Origin: Pedobacter sp.
GTDB taxonomy: Bacteria; Desulfobacterota; Desulfuromonadia; Desulfuromonadales; Syntrophotaleaceae
Direction: 5' to 3'
DNA: 64,000 nucleotides
Assembly: GCA_050253415.1 (NCBI GenBank)
Contig: JBFWJC010000004.1
Span: 128,001-192,000, forward strand
How positions within the stretch are numbered: position 1 is the first letter of the stretch; every line of letters begins with the position of its first letter. Below, in pieces: positions 10,511 through 24,653 of this stretch. The position numbers and the translations under genes were made by a program. Under the pieces are notes generated by a model, which saw nothing but the letters and a program-made list of their open reading frames with translations, did no database searches and was not told the DNA's origin.

Positions 10511-11761
10511 TTAGAGGTCTGGAGGCAGAAGCAGTTCGATTTCTTCAATGCGATGATCGATGACTTTGCGCACGATAAAGCGGTATCCATCGACGGTGCA
10601 ACTATCCCCGGTGTGCGGTATATCGCCTAAAACGCCAAGCAGGAAACCGGCCAGAGTGGAGGCATGTTCCTCGGACAATTCCAGGCCGAAGCTCTGATTG
10701 ACAATGCGCAGGGGAATACTGCCATCCAGAAGAAAGCGTCCTCCCCCCAACTCGCTGACTATCGCCTCGTCGATGTCGTATTCATCCCTGATTTCACCAA
10801 CAATTTCTTCGACGACATCTTCCAGGGTTACAATGCCCTCAACCCCACCATATTCATCCACGACCACCGCCATGTGCATCTGACTACGCTGAAAAGCTTT
10901 CAGCAAGGTATTAATGCGCTTCGATTCGGGAACAAAATATGGTTTACGCGCCAATTTTCGCAGAGAAAACTCTCCGGGAATATGTGCATAACGCAAGATA
11001 TCCTTGGAGTGAATAATGCCGATAATATTGTCGACGGATCCCTCATAAACCGGGAACCGCGAATGACAGGAATCCTGCACAGCCGTCAGAACTTCGGAAA
11101 AGGAAGAGACAGCATCAAGAACCACCACTTCAGTGCGTGGAATCATGACATCACGGACACTGATCTGAGAAAGGTCGAAGACCCCATCCAGCATGCGTCG
11201 TTTGTCTTTGCCAAACAAGCCGCTTTGCTCGCCAACGGAAATCAGCGTGCGGATCTCATCTTCGGAAATCGTCGGTCGCGGCTCGCTTTTGACCAGCAGG
11301 GTCAGTAGCCGGGAGAAACTTGTCACCAGCCAGACCACAGGCCGCAACAGAATCATAATCAGCGTTATCGGTCGTAAAACCCAGAAAGACACCCGTTCCG
11401 GATTGCGAGCAGCAAAGGTTTTTGGGCAGACTTCGGACACAATCAGTAGCACCGGCGTGAGAATGACGATCGTGAGAAGCTCTCCACGGGCACCGAACAG
11501 CTGAACAAAAAAGGTGGTGGCAAACACCGAAGCGGCGATATTGACCAGATTGTTGCCAACCAGGATGGCGCCCAGCAGGTTATCAGGTTGACTAAGAACC
11601 CGCTCAAGTTGCTGGGCACCGCGTCTCTTTTTATGCACCAGATATTTGACCCGCAAAGAATCAAGCGATAGAAGGGCCGTTTCCGAACCAGAAAAAAAAG
11701 CCGACATGAGCAACAGCACAACCAGACCGGCTACATATAAAATTGAATCTTGCATCAACAA
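10511..11761 (-). CDS. CNNM/CBS/CorC-HlyC family membrane protein (putative Mg/Co transporter)
   Basis: FFSGSETAL, CBS pair (VMIPR, SRFPVY, VVDEYGG, TLEDVVEEIVGEI) and CorC-type C-terminus. Confidence 0.9.
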   Translation of the reverse strand: MLMQDSILYVAGLVVLLLMSAFFSGSETALLSLDSLRVKYLVHKKRRGAQQLERVLSQPDNLLGAILVGNNLVNIAASVFATTFFVQLFGARGELLTIVILTPVLLIVSEVCPKTFAARNPERVSFWVLRPITLIMILLRPVVWLVTSFSRLLTLLVKSEPRPTISEDEIRTLISVGEQSGLFGKDKRRMLDGVFDLSQISVRDVMIPRTEVVVLDAVSSFSEVLTAVQDSCHSRFPVYEGSVDNIIGIIHSKDILRYAHIPGEFSLRKLARKPYFVPESKRINTLLKAFQRSQMHMAVVVDEYGGVEGIVTLEDVVEEIVGEIRDEYDIDEAIVSELGGGRFLLDGSIPLRIVNQSFGLELSEEHASTLAGFLLGVLGDIPHTGDSCTVDGYRFIVRKVIDHRIEEIELLLPPDL

Positions 11762-11960
11762 CCTTCCGTTAACATAAATAAGTTTTCCTGAAAAGCAATG
11801 TGGATTTTACCCCAGGACCCCAAGGATTACAATCGTCACGCTCACACCACAGGACTGCCTTGCAAAAGATATTTACCGCGGACAAACCGGGTTAACACCT
11901 CGCAAGTTTGAAATACGCTCCTCCCTGTGCTATAAGGCGCACAGCACCAAGTAAGTCTAG

Positions 11961-14275
<2,315 letters not shown>

Positions 14276-14314
14276 CGCTGGCACCTGCTACTTTTTAGTG
14301 GTACAGGAATCTTA

Positions 14315-14437
14315 ATTCACCACAAAGGTCACGAAGGCCACGAAGAAAAACCAAGACAAAGAATTTATTGTTATCAATAACATAGAGCTTTGTTTAAAAA
14401 GTATTTCTTCGTGCTCTCTGCGTCCTTCGTGGTGAAT
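14315..14437. repeat. Long imperfect inverted repeat built from 9-nt CACGAAG-type units (REP/MITE-like)
   Basis: Left arm ATTCACCACAAAGGTCACGAAGGCCACGAAGAAA (14315-14348). Right arm reverse complement ATTCACCACGAAGGACGCAGAGAGCACGAAGAAA (14404-14437). AT-rich spacer. Confidence 0.75.
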
Positions 14438-14509
14438 AAAAAACGATCCGGCACCTACCCATAAATGCCACGCGACCGAAACCGAAGACGTCTGACACCA
14501 GGGTAGCCT

Positions 14510-15367
14510 TCAGCCGTTATCCTCATCGCGCATTTTTAGACTTTCTTTATAAACGTCGCTGCCTGACAGGCCAAATTGCCGGGCCACTTCCTTGACGATC
14601 TCCCGCATGGGCAGATCGGTTTCGCTGCGCCAGCGTTGCAGGGCTTCGCGCACCGTTTCCTGCTGCGGTTGCTCGGGTGCCGGCCCCAACAGAAGCACAA
14701 TCTCGCCACGCACACGGTCCTGTTCGAAATGAGTAAGCGCCTGACCTGCCGTTCCGCGAAACACTTCCTCATGCAACTTGGTCAATTCCCGCACCACAGC
14801 CACCTCCCGGTCCTCCCCGAGTTCATCGATCAGGTCCGCCAGACTGGCAACCAACCGGTGAGGTGCTTCATAGAACACAAGGGTACGTTTTTCCTCCCCC
14901 AGGGCTTTGAAAATTTTGCGGCGTGCGGAACTTTTAGGGGGCAGAAACCCCTCAAAGGCAAAACGCTCCGTCGGCAGCCCAGCCACACTGAGCGCTGCGA
15001 TCACCGCCGAAGCACCCGGCACTGCCGTGACTGGCAGATTCTGTTCGCGACAGACCCGCACCAATAAAAAACCGGGATCGGAGATAGCGGGGGTACCGGC
15101 ATCGGTAATCAGCGCCACCGACTTGCCCTGACGCAACAGTTCAAGGATACGCTCACCCTTAACAGCCTCATTATGGGCGAAATAGGACGTCAATGACGTG
15201 GTAATGCCGTAATGATTGAACAGTTTACGGCTATGACGCGTATCCTCGGCGGCCACCAGATCGACTTCCTTGAGCACCCGCAAGGCACGAAAAGTCATAT
15301 CCTCCAGGTTACCTATGGGAGTCGCCACCAGATACAGAGTACCGGGATTCACCGTTTCAACCTTCAC
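14510..15367 (-). CDS. rsmI: 16S rRNA Cm1402 2'-O-methyltransferase
   Basis: [29 protein letters not shown] and RELTKLHEE motifs. Exact start uncertain. Confidence 0.95.
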   Translation of the reverse strand: MKVETVNPGTLYLVATPIGNLEDMTFRALRVLKEVDLVAAEDTRHSRKLFNHYGITTSLTSYFAHNEAVKGERILELLRQGKSVALITDAGTPAISDPGFLLVRVCREQNLPVTAVPGASAVIAALSVAGLPTERFAFEGFLPPKSSARRKIFKALGEEKRTLVFYEAPHRLVASLADLIDELGEDREVAVVRELTKLHEEVFRGTAGQALTHFEQDRVRGEIVLLLGPAPEQPQQETVREALQRWRSETDLPMREIVKEVARQFGLSGSDVYKESLKMRDEDNG

Positions 15368-17303
15368 CGGCGACTCCCTCAAGCTGCTTCAGATCATCCA
15401 TCCACAAGGCAGCGCTGGCGTCACTGGGCATGCGCCAGTCGCCACGTGGCGAAAGAACCACACTGCCGACCTTGGGCCCATCTGGCAGACAGGACCGCTT
15501 GAACTGCTGAGAGAAAAACCGCCGATAAAAAGTTTCCAGGCTGTCTAGCAGTTGTCGGGTGGTGAACGCCTCGCCAAACGCCTGACGGGCCAAAAAAAAG
15601 ATTTTGGACGGGCGGTATTGCAGGCGCACCACGTTGTAGAGGAAGAAATCATGCAGCAGATAGGGACCTATTTTATCCTCCGTACGCTGTTTGATCTCGC
15701 CATTTTCATGGGGCGGCAACAGCTCGGGGGATACGGGCGTATCACACACGTCATGCAGGATGGAGGAAATATTACCGAGAAATTCCGCATCCGCGCACCA
15801 GGCGACGAGGTAGCGCACCAGCGTTTTGGGAACACCGGTATTCACCGCATACATGGACATGTGATCGCCGTTATAGGTACACCAGCCCAGCGCCAGCTCC
15901 GAAAGATCCCCGGTGCCGATAAGCAACCCGCCAATCTGATTGGCAATATTCATCAGAATCTGTGTTCGTTCGCGAGCCTGGGAATTTTCATAGGTGATAT
16001 CGTGCACCGATTCGTCATGCCCGATATCGGAAAAATGCTGACGGACTGCGGCATCAATGGAAATCACACGCAGCCGGGTACCAAGAAGCTCCGCCAGTCG
16101 CTCGGCATTGCCGCGGGTGCGTTGTGTGGTGCCAAAGCCGGGCATGGTAATGGTTTCAATGCCTGAACGATCGTACCCCAGCTTGTCAAAGGCCTTCACC
16201 GTAACCAGCAATGCCAGGGTCGAATCGAGTCCTCCGGACACTCCGATTACCGCCCGCTTGACTCCGGTATGCAACAGGCGTTTAGCCAGACCGGTAGTCT
16301 GGATTTCAAATATTTCATGGCAGCGATGAGCCCGTTCATCTTCGGCTGGCGGTACAAAAGGCGTCGCCGCAACCGGTCGCAGCAAGCGGTCGGTCGTCAC
16401 ATCGGTCAAAGGAAAATCGATGATCCGGAAAGAGGCATCCGGACCGGAAAAGCCGTAACTGTTGTTTTTAAAGCGTTCGTTGACCAAGCGCTCGATATCG
16501 ACATCCGCAACAACCAATTGGCTGTCAAAGCGAAAACGCTCGGTTTCGGCAAGGATCGTTCCGTTTTCCGCTATAAGGGAATGACCGGAAAAAACCAGGT
16601 CAGTGCTGGACTCCCCCGGACCGGAAGAGGCATACAGGTAAGCCGCAAGGCAACGCGCCGACTGGTTCTGCACCAGGGCACGGCGGTATTCCATCTTACC
16701 AAGCAATTCGGGGCTGGCGGATAGATTCAATAACACCGTGGCACCAGCGACCGCCAACTTGCCACTGGGCGGATTAGCGACCCAGACATCCTCACAGATC
16801 TCAATACCAACCAGGCAGTCAGGTAAACCTTCCGCGCGAAACAGCAGATCACTACCAAAAGGGATGCGTTCGCCATCCCACAGCAATTCCGAATCGCTCA
16901 GATCGGCCGCTGAGGAAAACCAGCGTTCTTCGTAAAATTCCTGGGTATTGGGCAGAAACATTTTGGGAACAACCCCAAGTATGCGCCCGCCGGAAAGGAA
17001 TACCGCACAATTGAACAACCGGCCGCGATGCGCAATCGGTGCGCCGACAACCATGGTGACGCGTCTCTCGGCAGTGAATTCTGCCAGTTGCACAAGTGCC
17101 TTTCGCGCCTTTTCAACAAGCAGCGGCTGATAAAACAGATCTCCGCAGGTATACGCCGTCACACATAATTCGGGAAACAGGAAAAATCGGCAATCCGTTG
17201 ATTCCGTAACGACATTGCGGATCTGCTCACAATTGTAAACGACATCCGCCACTCGGGTAGACGGCGTGCACACGCCAAGCCTTAAAAACCCATGCGTTGC
17301 CAT
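15357..17303 (-). CDS. nadE: Glutamine-dependent NAD+ synthetase
   Basis: Nitrilase-like domain (FPEL, VPK, EICED) fused to a synthetase domain ([21 protein letters not shown]). Start trimmed to MATHG. Confidence 0.94.
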   Translation of the reverse strand: MATHGFLRLGVCTPSTRVADVVYNCEQIRNVVTESTDCRFFLFPELCVTAYTCGDLFYQPLLVEKARKALVQLAEFTAERRVTMVVGAPIAHRGRLFNCAVFLSGGRILGVVPKMFLPNTQEFYEERWFSSAADLSDSELLWDGERIPFGSDLLFRAEGLPDCLVGIEICEDVWVANPPSGKLAVAGATVLLNLSASPELLGKMEYRRALVQNQSARCLAAYLYASSGPGESSTDLVFSGHSLIAENGTILAETERFRFDSQLVVADVDIERLVNERFKNNSYGFSGPDASFRIIDFPLTDVTTDRLLRPVAATPFVPPAEDERAHRCHEIFEIQTTGLAKRLLHTGVKRAVIGVSGGLDSTLALLVTVKAFDKLGYDRSGIETITMPGFGTTQRTRGNAERLAELLGTRLRVISIDAAVRQHFSDIGHDESVHDITYENSQARERTQILMNIANQIGGLLIGTGDLSELALGWCTYNGDHMSMYAVNTGVPKTLVRYLVAWCADAEFLGNISSILHDVCDTPVSPELLPPHENGEIKQRTEDKIGPYLLHDFFLYNVVRLQYRPSKIFFLARQAFGEAFTTRQLLDSLETFYRRFFSQQFKRSCLPDGPKVGSVVLSPRGDWRMPSDASAALWMDDLKQLEGVAGEG

Positions 17304-17443
17304 GCGAATTTCCATAATATTCCATCCTTTTCTACGCTTGGTAATTGAATTCCTGCACGCAGGTTCATGACCTCTGGCGCAAACATCAAGCCAGCGCATT
17401 GTAGCCATGCAGAATCCAAAATGCAAACAATGCGACAGTGCCT

Positions 17444-17815
17444 CTACCAACCGTCGATATCAAAAGCGCCAGGGAAATGCACGATATCGGCAAGATCGCC
17501 ATCACCGCGCACCGCGACAACATCAAAACGGGGTTGCAAGCGATCGAGTTTATGCTCGATCAGATACCACTGGGCAGCCCGCACAATTTGACGTTGTTTT
17601 GCAGCACCGACGGCCTCCTGGGGATGACCGTGGGAAATCCCACGGCGAGTCTTCACCTCGATAAACACTAGAGTGCGCCCATGTTGCGCCACGATATCGA
17701 TTTCCCCCACCGGAGAACGGACATTGCGACCCAATATTTTCATCCCGTTTTTTCGCAGATAACGGGTTGCGACATCCTCCCCCCAACTGCCAAGCTTCAA
17801 TCGTTCGCGCGTCAC
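17444..17815 (-). CDS. YraN family (UPF0102) putative endonuclease
   Basis: [13 protein letters not shown] and RFDVVAV motifs; typical rnhB neighbour. Confidence 0.9.
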   Translation of the reverse strand: MTRERLKLGSWGEDVATRYLRKNGMKILGRNVRSPVGEIDIVAQHGRTLVFIEVKTRRGISHGHPQEAVGAAKQRQIVRAAQWYLIEHKLDRLQPRFDVVAVRGDGDLADIVHFPGAFDIDGW

Positions 17816-18441
17816 AGATATTCACGCACACCGCGAAAGGTGCCTCGATGCAGAGGACAGGGCCCAAGACGCGCAATCGCCTCGCAATGCGCAGCGCTAC
17901 CGTAGCCTTTATGGCCCGCAAAACCGTATCCAGGAAACCGGCTATCGTAGGTTACCATCAAACGATCCCTGACCACCTTGGCCAACACCGAAGCCGCCGC
18001 TATCGACAGGGAGCGACTATCGCCCTGTTTAAGGGTTTTTTGTGCCAACGGTAGAGGCACGGGAGTAATCCCATCGACCAGCAGATAGTCGGCCGGGGTT
18101 TTCAGGCGAGCAATAGCACGTCGCATGGCAAGCAACGTCGCCTGCAGCACATTGAGTTCATCAACTTCATACGCATGCGCAAGGCCAATTCCATAATCCA
18201 ACGCCTGTTGAAGTATCTGAGGAAACAGCCGGTCACGAAGTTTGGCAGAGATTTTTTTTGAATCGTTCAGACCGGGCAGGTCAAACGTCTCCGGCAGGAT
18301 GACAGCAGAAGCAACGACCGGACCGGCCAAAGGACCTCGCCCGGCTTCATCAATTCCGGCAACACGCATATAACCCTGCCGGCGCAACTGCTGCTCAAAG
18401 TGTAATGGAGATAATTTTTCGGTAGGAAACAGCTCAAGCAT
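17812..18441 (-). CDS. rnhB: Ribonuclease HII
   Basis: GIDEAGRGPLAGPV, DSKK, SIAAASVLAKVVRD and HKGYG motifs. Confidence 0.96.
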   Translation of the reverse strand: MLELFPTEKLSPLHFEQQLRRQGYMRVAGIDEAGRGPLAGPVVASAVILPETFDLPGLNDSKKISAKLRDRLFPQILQQALDYGIGLAHAYEVDELNVLQATLLAMRRAIARLKTPADYLLVDGITPVPLPLAQKTLKQGDSRSLSIAAASVLAKVVRDRLMVTYDSRFPGYGFAGHKGYGSAAHCEAIARLGPCPLHRGTFRGVREYL

Positions 18442-18650
18442 GACGGTCCCCTATTTTATTAACAGGCAGGGCCGACCCACGGCTTGCATTCATCAAGGCG
18501 CAATTAAATAAAGAATAAAAAAACTGCGCCGCATGACAGACATCTGTCGCACTGCATGTCTGCCGCAATATCGCACGCCTGTGAAAATCACCCGTATCCA
18601 GTGTACTTAGTTCTGACGGATAACAAGAATACGGAAGGAATAAATACCGC

Positions 18651-18689
18651 AAAAAAACAAAAGCCCCGGCATAAAAACCGGGGCTTTGT
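18651..18689 (-). terminator. Intrinsic terminator after rplS
   Basis: AAAGCCCCGG...CCGGGGCTTT hairpin followed by a T-rich tract on the minus strand. Confidence 0.75.
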
Positions 18690-18704
18690 CGAGATAGCAG
18701 TGGA

Positions 18705-19052
18705 TCAGATCCGGCGTTTTTCGCGGATACGAGCTGCCTTGCCCTGCAGGTTGCGCAGGTAGTACAGCTTGGCACGACGAACGCGGCCTACCATCAGAAC
18801 TTCGATGTTGTCGATGTTGGGGGAATGCAGCGGAAAGATACGCTCCACGCCCATGCCATTGGAGATTTTGCGCACAGTAAAGGTCGAGCCGAGACCGTTG
18901 TTATGGCGCTTGATGCATACACCCTGGAAAACCTGGATACGCTGTTTGTCACCTTCCACGATTTTCACGTGAACTTTGAGCGTATCGCCGGCTTTGAAGA
19001 TAGGGATATTTTTTTTGATCTGTTCCATTTCCAAACGATCGATAATATTCAT
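18705..19052 (-). CDS. rplS: 50S ribosomal protein L19
   Basis: [20 protein letters not shown] and [11 protein letters not shown] motifs. Confidence 0.97.
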   Translation of the reverse strand: MNIIDRLEMEQIKKNIPIFKAGDTLKVHVKIVEGDKQRIQVFQGVCIKRHNNGLGSTFTVRKISNGMGVERIFPLHSPNIDNIEVLMVGRVRRAKLYYLRNLQGKAARIREKRRI

Positions 19053-19099
19053 TCTCATCCTCCTCTAGAGCGAGACTATTAAGTCAGTTATGTTGGATT

Positions 19100-19657
19100 T
19101 TAGGCCGATGAACCAAGCAACCGATCAAGAATGATCGCAGCGGCTGCACGCACCGGCAGATGGTTGTAGACACCTCGTCCCCGGATCGGCTCAAGTACCG
19201 TCCAGCCACGATCGAAAACTTCGGGGGCCAACCCCCATCCGGTACCGAACACCAGCAACAAAGGTACCTGTTCAAGCAAAAGGCGACATTCTCCGACACT
19301 CAAGCCATCGGTGCGGGATGCCCCGGTAAGTACTGGTTGGGCGCTCTCGCCGGCAAAGCTACGCCAATCGGCAACAGCCTCGTCCAACGAGGATACAATC
19401 CGGATAAGGGACAGCGCCTCTCCCCGATGCCGGTTATAGCCGGCGCCATGGCCATCAAGCCAGTGTCCCAGAATGCGCTCCACCAGGACCTGCTGTTCAG
19501 CAACCGGGGTAACCACATAAAACCGATCCACGCCATAGGTTCGCGCAGTTCGGGCAATATCGTGCAGATCCAGATTGGTGACAGCGGTATTTACCACATC
19601 ACCGCGACGATCCACAATGGGATAGTGCACCAAGGCTACGGCTATCGGTGATTTCAT
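19100..19657 (-). CDS. SPOUT-type RNA methyltransferase family protein (TrmD-associated)
   Basis: TAVTNLDLHDIAR, LLVFGTGWGL and YNHLPVRAAAAIILDRL motifs; directly after trmD. Confidence 0.8.
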   Translation of the reverse strand: MKSPIAVALVHYPIVDRRGDVVNTAVTNLDLHDIARTARTYGVDRFYVVTPVAEQQVLVERILGHWLDGHGAGYNRHRGEALSLIRIVSSLDEAVADWRSFAGESAQPVLTGASRTDGLSVGECRLLLEQVPLLLVFGTGWGLAPEVFDRGWTVLEPIRGRGVYNHLPVRAAAAIILDRLLGSSA

Positions 19658-20400
19658 CAGAGATGACCATCCGCCTGAGCATGCATCAAGTCGTCAAGCG
19701 TGCGACGGTCCTCATCGCTGAGACATGCATCCTTAAGAAGTTCGGGGCGTCTGACCAAGGTTCGCAACAGCTGCTGGCGTCTGCGCCATTTGGCAATGGC
19801 AGCGTGATTGCCCGACAACAACACATCAGGAACCTTCGAACCTTCAAAATCTGCAGGGCGTGTATACTGGGGATACTCCAGCAACCCATCGCTGTACGAA
19901 TCACCCAGCGCACTGTCGCGATTGCCAAGCACACCCGGAACAAGCCTGGCCACGGCGTCAATCATCGCCATGGCGGCCAACTCACCACCGGTCAAAACAA
20001 AATCGCCAAGTGAAAATTCGCTGTCCACCATGGTACGGATGCGTTCGTCGAATCCTTCATAACGACCACAGATAAAGATCAAGCTCTCTTCGCCGGCGAG
20101 CTCTTGTGCATCTTCCTGCCGAAAGGGTTTCCCCTGCGGTGTCATCAGCAGAACCCGCGAATGCGGACGCCGTGCCTTAAGATCCCGCACAGCCCTTGCC
20201 ACGGGCTCTGGCTTAAGAACCATACCGTCGCCGCCGCCGTAAGGCACGTCATCGGTAATTTTATGTTTCCCTTCCGCCCAGTCACGCAAGTGATGGGCGG
20301 TAATGTTCACGAGCCCCCGCTCAACAGCCTTACCAAGTATGCTATCGGCAAAGGGCGAATCGAACATGCCGGGAAAAAGCGTCAAAACATCAAAGAACAT
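19657..20400 (-). CDS. trmD: tRNA m1G37 methyltransferase
   Basis: [29 protein letters not shown] and [10 protein letters not shown] motifs. Confidence 0.97.
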   Translation of the reverse strand: MFFDVLTLFPGMFDSPFADSILGKAVERGLVNITAHHLRDWAEGKHKITDDVPYGGGDGMVLKPEPVARAVRDLKARRPHSRVLLMTPQGKPFRQEDAQELAGEESLIFICGRYEGFDERIRTMVDSEFSLGDFVLTGGELAAMAMIDAVARLVPGVLGNRDSALGDSYSDGLLEYPQYTRPADFEGSKVPDVLLSGNHAAIAKWRRRQQLLRTLVRRPELLKDACLSDEDRRTLDDLMHAQADGHL

Positions 20401-20927
20401 CAGTCTTCCTGAACCAGGCCCTCGGGTAGATCGAACAACACACACCGTTTTTGCAGGTCGACTTCAACCAGGAAAACATCAACGGCAGGTACAAGAACCT
20501 CGCCATAGGATCCGACTACCACATAGATATCATGAGCCGCGGTAGTAAATATGTCGTCGATGCGACCTATCACTCCAAGACGTCGATCGGAAGCCGTCAA
20601 TCCCTTGAGCTGATGCCAGTAATATTCACCCGCGGGCAGAACAGGCACATCCTCGCGTTGAACAGCAACTTCGCAGCCAACCAAAGGCTGCGCGGAGTTG
20701 ACATCTTTAATACCTTCAAGATGCAAAACAACATTACCCTTGTGCCAATCCGCCTTGTCACACGCACAGACCCGCACCGTCTCGTCCCCCCGAAGGAAGA
20801 CCAGCTGGCGGATCTGAGTCAGCAAGCGTACATCCTTGTCATCCCCGCGGACTTTGAGATCACCTCGCAGCCCATGGGTTCCGATAACAACACCCAAGAT
20901 CAGCAATTCGTTTTGTTGCAGAGTCAT
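20400..20927 (-). CDS. rimM: Ribosome maturation factor RimM
   Basis: [11 protein letters not shown] and EYYWHQLKG motifs; operon position. Confidence 0.93.
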   Translation of the reverse strand: MTLQQNELLILGVVIGTHGLRGDLKVRGDDKDVRLLTQIRQLVFLRGDETVRVCACDKADWHKGNVVLHLEGIKDVNSAQPLVGCEVAVQREDVPVLPAGEYYWHQLKGLTASDRRLGVIGRIDDIFTTAAHDIYVVVGSYGEVLVPAVDVFLVEVDLQKRCVLFDLPEGLVQED

Positions 20928-21160
20928 TACTCCATAATGTGCAGAGAAGCCCGCTTGGACTCCCGGGTCGCTTTGGCATTGAGCAGGGTGCGCATCGCCT
21001 TGGCAGTCCGCCCCTGTTTGCCGATAATACGCCCCATATCTTCGGGAGCCGCAGCAAGCTTCAGGAGGACGCTGCCGTCCTCCCCCAACTCTTCGGAAAC
21101 GGAAACCGCATCAGGATTTTCTACCAGGGATCTGGCAATGAATTCGATCAACTCCTTCAT
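20927..21160 (-). CDS. khpA: KH domain RNA-binding protein
   Basis: DMGRIIGKQGRTAKAMR; between rpsP and rimM. Confidence 0.9.
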   Translation of the reverse strand: MKELIEFIARSLVENPDAVSVSEELGEDGSVLLKLAAAPEDMGRIIGKQGRTAKAMRTLLNAKATRESKRASLHIME

Positions 21161-21220
21161 AGTCACTGGTCCTTTGGAGAAAAGCGGCCCGTCTCGGTCA
21201 CCTGTTCGGGATCAGACTCG

Positions 21221-21481
21221 TCAGGCCTGCTTAAACTTGGCCCAAACGCCCTGACTACGGAGCAATCGACGAACCGTATCGGTAGGTTGAGCACCTTTGT
21301 TCAGCCATTCGAGCGTTTTATCTTCTTGCAAAGTGACCATCGACGGATTTTGCCGGGGATCATACTGTCCGAGTTTCTCAATGAAACGACCGTCGCGCGG
21401 GAAGCGTTCGTCAGCTACCACTACCTGGTAGAAAGGTTTTTTCTTGGCACCGCCGCGAGCGAGTCTGATTTTTACCGCCAT
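21221..21481 (-). CDS. rpsP: 30S ribosomal protein S16
   Basis: [17 protein letters not shown] and GAQPTDTV motifs. Confidence 0.97.
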   Translation of the reverse strand: MAVKIRLARGGAKKKPFYQVVVADERFPRDGRFIEKLGQYDPRQNPSMVTLQEDKTLEWLNKGAQPTDTVRRLLRSQGVWAKFKQA

Positions 21482-21661
21482 GTGTTATTCCTCCTGGGTG
21501 TTTCCAAAACGTTTGTTCAATGGTTTTGAAGATATTTTGGTATATTAGGTTCTTTGCTTTTTTATTGCCACTAAAAAGCGGGCCATTTACGGCCCGCGCG
21601 ACGCCACCTGAAAGAGGCTCGCTTATAGACAAAACCGGCAGAACCGACCGGCAAAACTTCC

Positions 21662-23011
21662 TTACATGGGCATTCCACCCCTCCCCATCAGGTTTTTCAT
21701 CCCTTTGGGTCCAAGCTTTTGCATTTTCTTCATCATCTTTTGAGCTTCGGTAAAACGCTTGATCAGTTGATTGACATCCTGAACAGTGGTGCCGCTCCCC
21801 TTCGCTATACGCATACGTCGCGAGCCGTTGAGAATCTTCTGATCTCGACGTTCCGCCGCGGTCATGGAATTGATGATGGCCTCGATTTTCTTGAACTCTT
21901 TGTCAGGCAGTTGCATATCGCCTACCTGCTTCATAGCTTTACCGGCGCCCGGAATAAGCTTGAGCAGCGACTCCATGGAACCCATTTTCTTGAGAGTCTT
22001 GAGCTGGTCACGAAAAGTCTCAAGAGTAAAGCCCTCTTTGCGCAGCTTTTGTTCCATAGCCTGCGCTTCATCTTTATCGACGGCAGCCTGAGCCTTTTCG
22101 ATAAGGGACAACACATCACCCATACCGAGAATACGCTGGGCCATGCGATCGCCATGAAAGACTTCCAGGGCATCAAGCTTTTCGCCGAGACCAACCAGCT
22201 TGATAGGCTTACCGGTCACCGCCCGAATGGACAGGGCTGCACCCCCACGGGCGTCGCCGTCCAACTTGGTCAGGATGACACCGGTGACATCGAGCTGCTG
22301 ATCAAAACTTTCGGCAACATTAACCGCGTCCTGACCGGTCATGGCATCCGCCACAAACAAGATCTCACGCGGCTGCAGGGCCTGCTTGATGCGCTGCAGT
22401 TCGGCCATTAACGCTTCATCGACATGCAACCGACCTGCCGTATCGAGAATCAGCGTATCGTAACCGTTAAGCTCGGCAAACTCCCTGGCATTAAGACACA
22501 ATTTGACAGGGTCGACATCCGGCTGTGAGTCGAACACCGGTATACCCAATTGCTTGCCGAGGGTCTTGAGCTGCTCGATGGCCGCCGGGCGATAAATATC
22601 TGCCGGCACCAGCAGAGGGTTGCGCTTTTGTCGGCGCAACATCAAGGCCAGCTTGGCACAGGACGTGGTCTTACCCGCTCCCTGCAAGCCACACAGCAAC
22701 ACCGGCACCGGCGGACGGGCAGCAAGGTTGAGGCTATTATCCTCCCCTTCGCCCATGAGCCGTCCCAATTCATCGCGCACAACCTTAATGACCTGCTGCG
22801 CAGGGTTAAGGCTTTTGAGCACGTCCTGCCCGACAGCACGCTCACGGACGCTGGCCACGAAATCTTTGACCACGCGGAAATTGACGTCTGCCTCGAGCAA
22901 CACCAGACGCACTTCCCGCAGGCTTTGCTTAATATTGTCTTCCGTCAACCGCCCTTGGCCGCGCAGTTTTTTGAAGACCGAGTCGAGTTTATCCGTCAAA
23001 TTGTCAAACAT
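21662..23011 (-). CDS. ffh: Signal recognition particle protein
   Basis: GLQGAGKTT, DTAGR, TKLDGDARGG motifs and Met-rich M domain. Confidence 0.97.
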   Translation of the reverse strand: MFDNLTDKLDSVFKKLRGQGRLTEDNIKQSLREVRLVLLEADVNFRVVKDFVASVRERAVGQDVLKSLNPAQQVIKVVRDELGRLMGEGEDNSLNLAARPPVPVLLCGLQGAGKTTSCAKLALMLRRQKRNPLLVPADIYRPAAIEQLKTLGKQLGIPVFDSQPDVDPVKLCLNAREFAELNGYDTLILDTAGRLHVDEALMAELQRIKQALQPREILFVADAMTGQDAVNVAESFDQQLDVTGVILTKLDGDARGGAALSIRAVTGKPIKLVGLGEKLDALEVFHGDRMAQRILGMGDVLSLIEKAQAAVDKDEAQAMEQKLRKEGFTLETFRDQLKTLKKMGSMESLLKLIPGAGKAMKQVGDMQLPDKEFKKIEAIINSMTAAERRDQKILNGSRRMRIAKGSGTTVQDVNQLIKRFTEAQKMMKKMQKLGPKGMKNLMGRGGMPM

Positions 23012-23059
23012 GGTCGATGGCCTGTCCGTGCAGTATAATCAAGGCTAGTGTAAAAGCGA

Positions 23060-23088
23060 ACTATAGGAGACACCCCTACCTTTGTCAA
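23060..23088 (-). promoter_or_regulatory. sigma70 promoter upstream of ffh
   Basis: Minus strand TTGACA (23088-23083), 17-nt spacer, TATAGT (23065-23060). Confidence 0.75.
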
Positions 23089-23393
23089 GGGAAAACACCT
23101 ATTGCCCTTTCTCACGAGGAACACCGGCAGATGAGGGTTTCCCTGAACCTAACAGTGGCTATAAAATAAATCCAGGGAGGTTCCTCCGCCGGCGACACGA
23201 CCAGAGGGACGAAAATCAGACAAAAGCTGCCTGAGTCTAGAATGCGTTGCTGCGGTGCAGCGACATTGACACCCGCCCCCAGAGAGAGATAAACTCTTTG
23301 ACTCGTTACCCGTTCACGCTACCCGGTGTGTCGGCACAGACTCTGCCCTTTCGGCACATAGACCTCACAACCTTTCAACCGAGAGCAACACCC

Positions 23394-23900
23394 ATGAGTT
23401 CTTCCAGATCTCGCATCGACGGCGTTCAGCGCATATTGCAGCAGTGGCTGTCAGCTCGCGGCATGGACACCAAATTCGGCCGTTACCGTGCTTGGCAATT
23501 CTGGGATGAGGCGGTCGGCGCGCAGATCGCCGCCCGCGCCAAGCCTGTTCGTCTGCGCGGATCGGTACTTGAGATCCGTGTCGACCACCCGGTCTGGATG
23601 CAACAGTTGCAACTCCTCAAACCACGCATTGTATCGCGACTCAATGAGTTGCTAGGCGAACCGTTGATCGAAGATTTGTTTTTACGCCATGGGCGAAACA
23701 ACCACACCCCGTCCGACGTTGCACCGGATGCGTTGCCGAACCGCTGGCAAAGCGAACCTCTAAGCGAAGAGGAGCGACTGCATATTGAAGAAACGGTAGC
23801 CAGTCTTCCCGACAGCGAATTGAGGCACCACATTCGTCACCTGATGGAGATGCAACTGCGTCTGGACAAGGCCCGTCAAACTAAAGCCGGAGAAAAATAA
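23394..23900 (+). CDS. DUF721/DciA-family helicase loader
   Basis: WDEAVGAQIA...LEIRVDHPVWMQQL pattern typical of DUF721. Start trimmed to the ATG at 23394. Confidence 0.8.
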   Translation: MSSSRSRIDGVQRILQQWLSARGMDTKFGRYRAWQFWDEAVGAQIAARAKPVRLRGSVLEIRVDHPVWMQQLQLLKPRIVSRLNELLGEPLIEDLFLRHGRNNHTPSDVAPDALPNRWQSEPLSEEERLHIEETVASLPDSELRHHIRHLMEMQLRLDKARQTKAGEK

Positions 23901-23909
23901 GCGGTTTTT

Positions 23910-24653
23910 TCAACCTTCCCCATACATGCCAAGAACTTCTTCCGTATAACCGTTTTCCCCATAGATAAACAGTGGAGCTTCCAGCACCATGCCCGGGGCA
24001 CCGCCACGCCGCCCTTCGACAAGTACCAGGCAGGCGGATTCATCATGACGCGAATGAACACAGCGCAGGCGTTTCGGTTCTAAGCCGGCTTGCCGCATAC
24101 CGGCCAACACATCGGTCATACGCTCGGCAAGATGCACCATATAAATACGTCCACCCGTGCCAAGCAGATAAGCCGAACAGGCCAGGAATTCCTCAAGCCC
24201 GCCATGCAGTTCGTGACGCGCCCGCGCCCGTTCGTCCCCCGGAGCGAGCCGTCCGCTTTGCGGCCGCCGATAGGGCGGATTAGCCAGGACCGCCTGGCAC
24301 GATTCGGCGGCTATTACCTCCCGCACACTACGCAAATCCTGATGAAGTATTTCAACACGGTCCTGCAGATCGTTATGCAACACGCTACGCCTTGCACGAT
24401 CGGCCAATTCAGACTGGATTTCGATACCGATAATACGCCCGGCCCGAGTATTACGCGCCAGTATCAGAGGAATCACACCGCTGCCACAACCGAGATCGCA
24501 AACCGTCCCCTCCGACTGAACTTGCGCAAAGGCGCAAAGCAATACCGGGTCGAGAGAAAAGCGGTAACCATCTTTTTTCTGAATGACCCGCAAACCACCA
24601 AGACGCAGATCATCAAGGGTTTCATCGGCATGGATCGGTACGTCAGCCACCAT
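23910..24653 (-). CDS. tRNA1(Val) (adenine37-N6)-methyltransferase-like
   Basis: DLGCGSG SAM motif, NPPY and ARHE. Confidence 0.85.
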   Translation of the reverse strand: MVADVPIHADETLDDLRLGGLRVIQKKDGYRFSLDPVLLCAFAQVQSEGTVCDLGCGSGVIPLILARNTRAGRIIGIEIQSELADRARRSVLHNDLQDRVEILHQDLRSVREVIAAESCQAVLANPPYRRPQSGRLAPGDERARARHELHGGLEEFLACSAYLLGTGGRIYMVHLAERMTDVLAGMRQAGLEPKRLRCVHSRHDESACLVLVEGRRGGAPGMVLEAPLFIYGENGYTEEVLGMYGEG

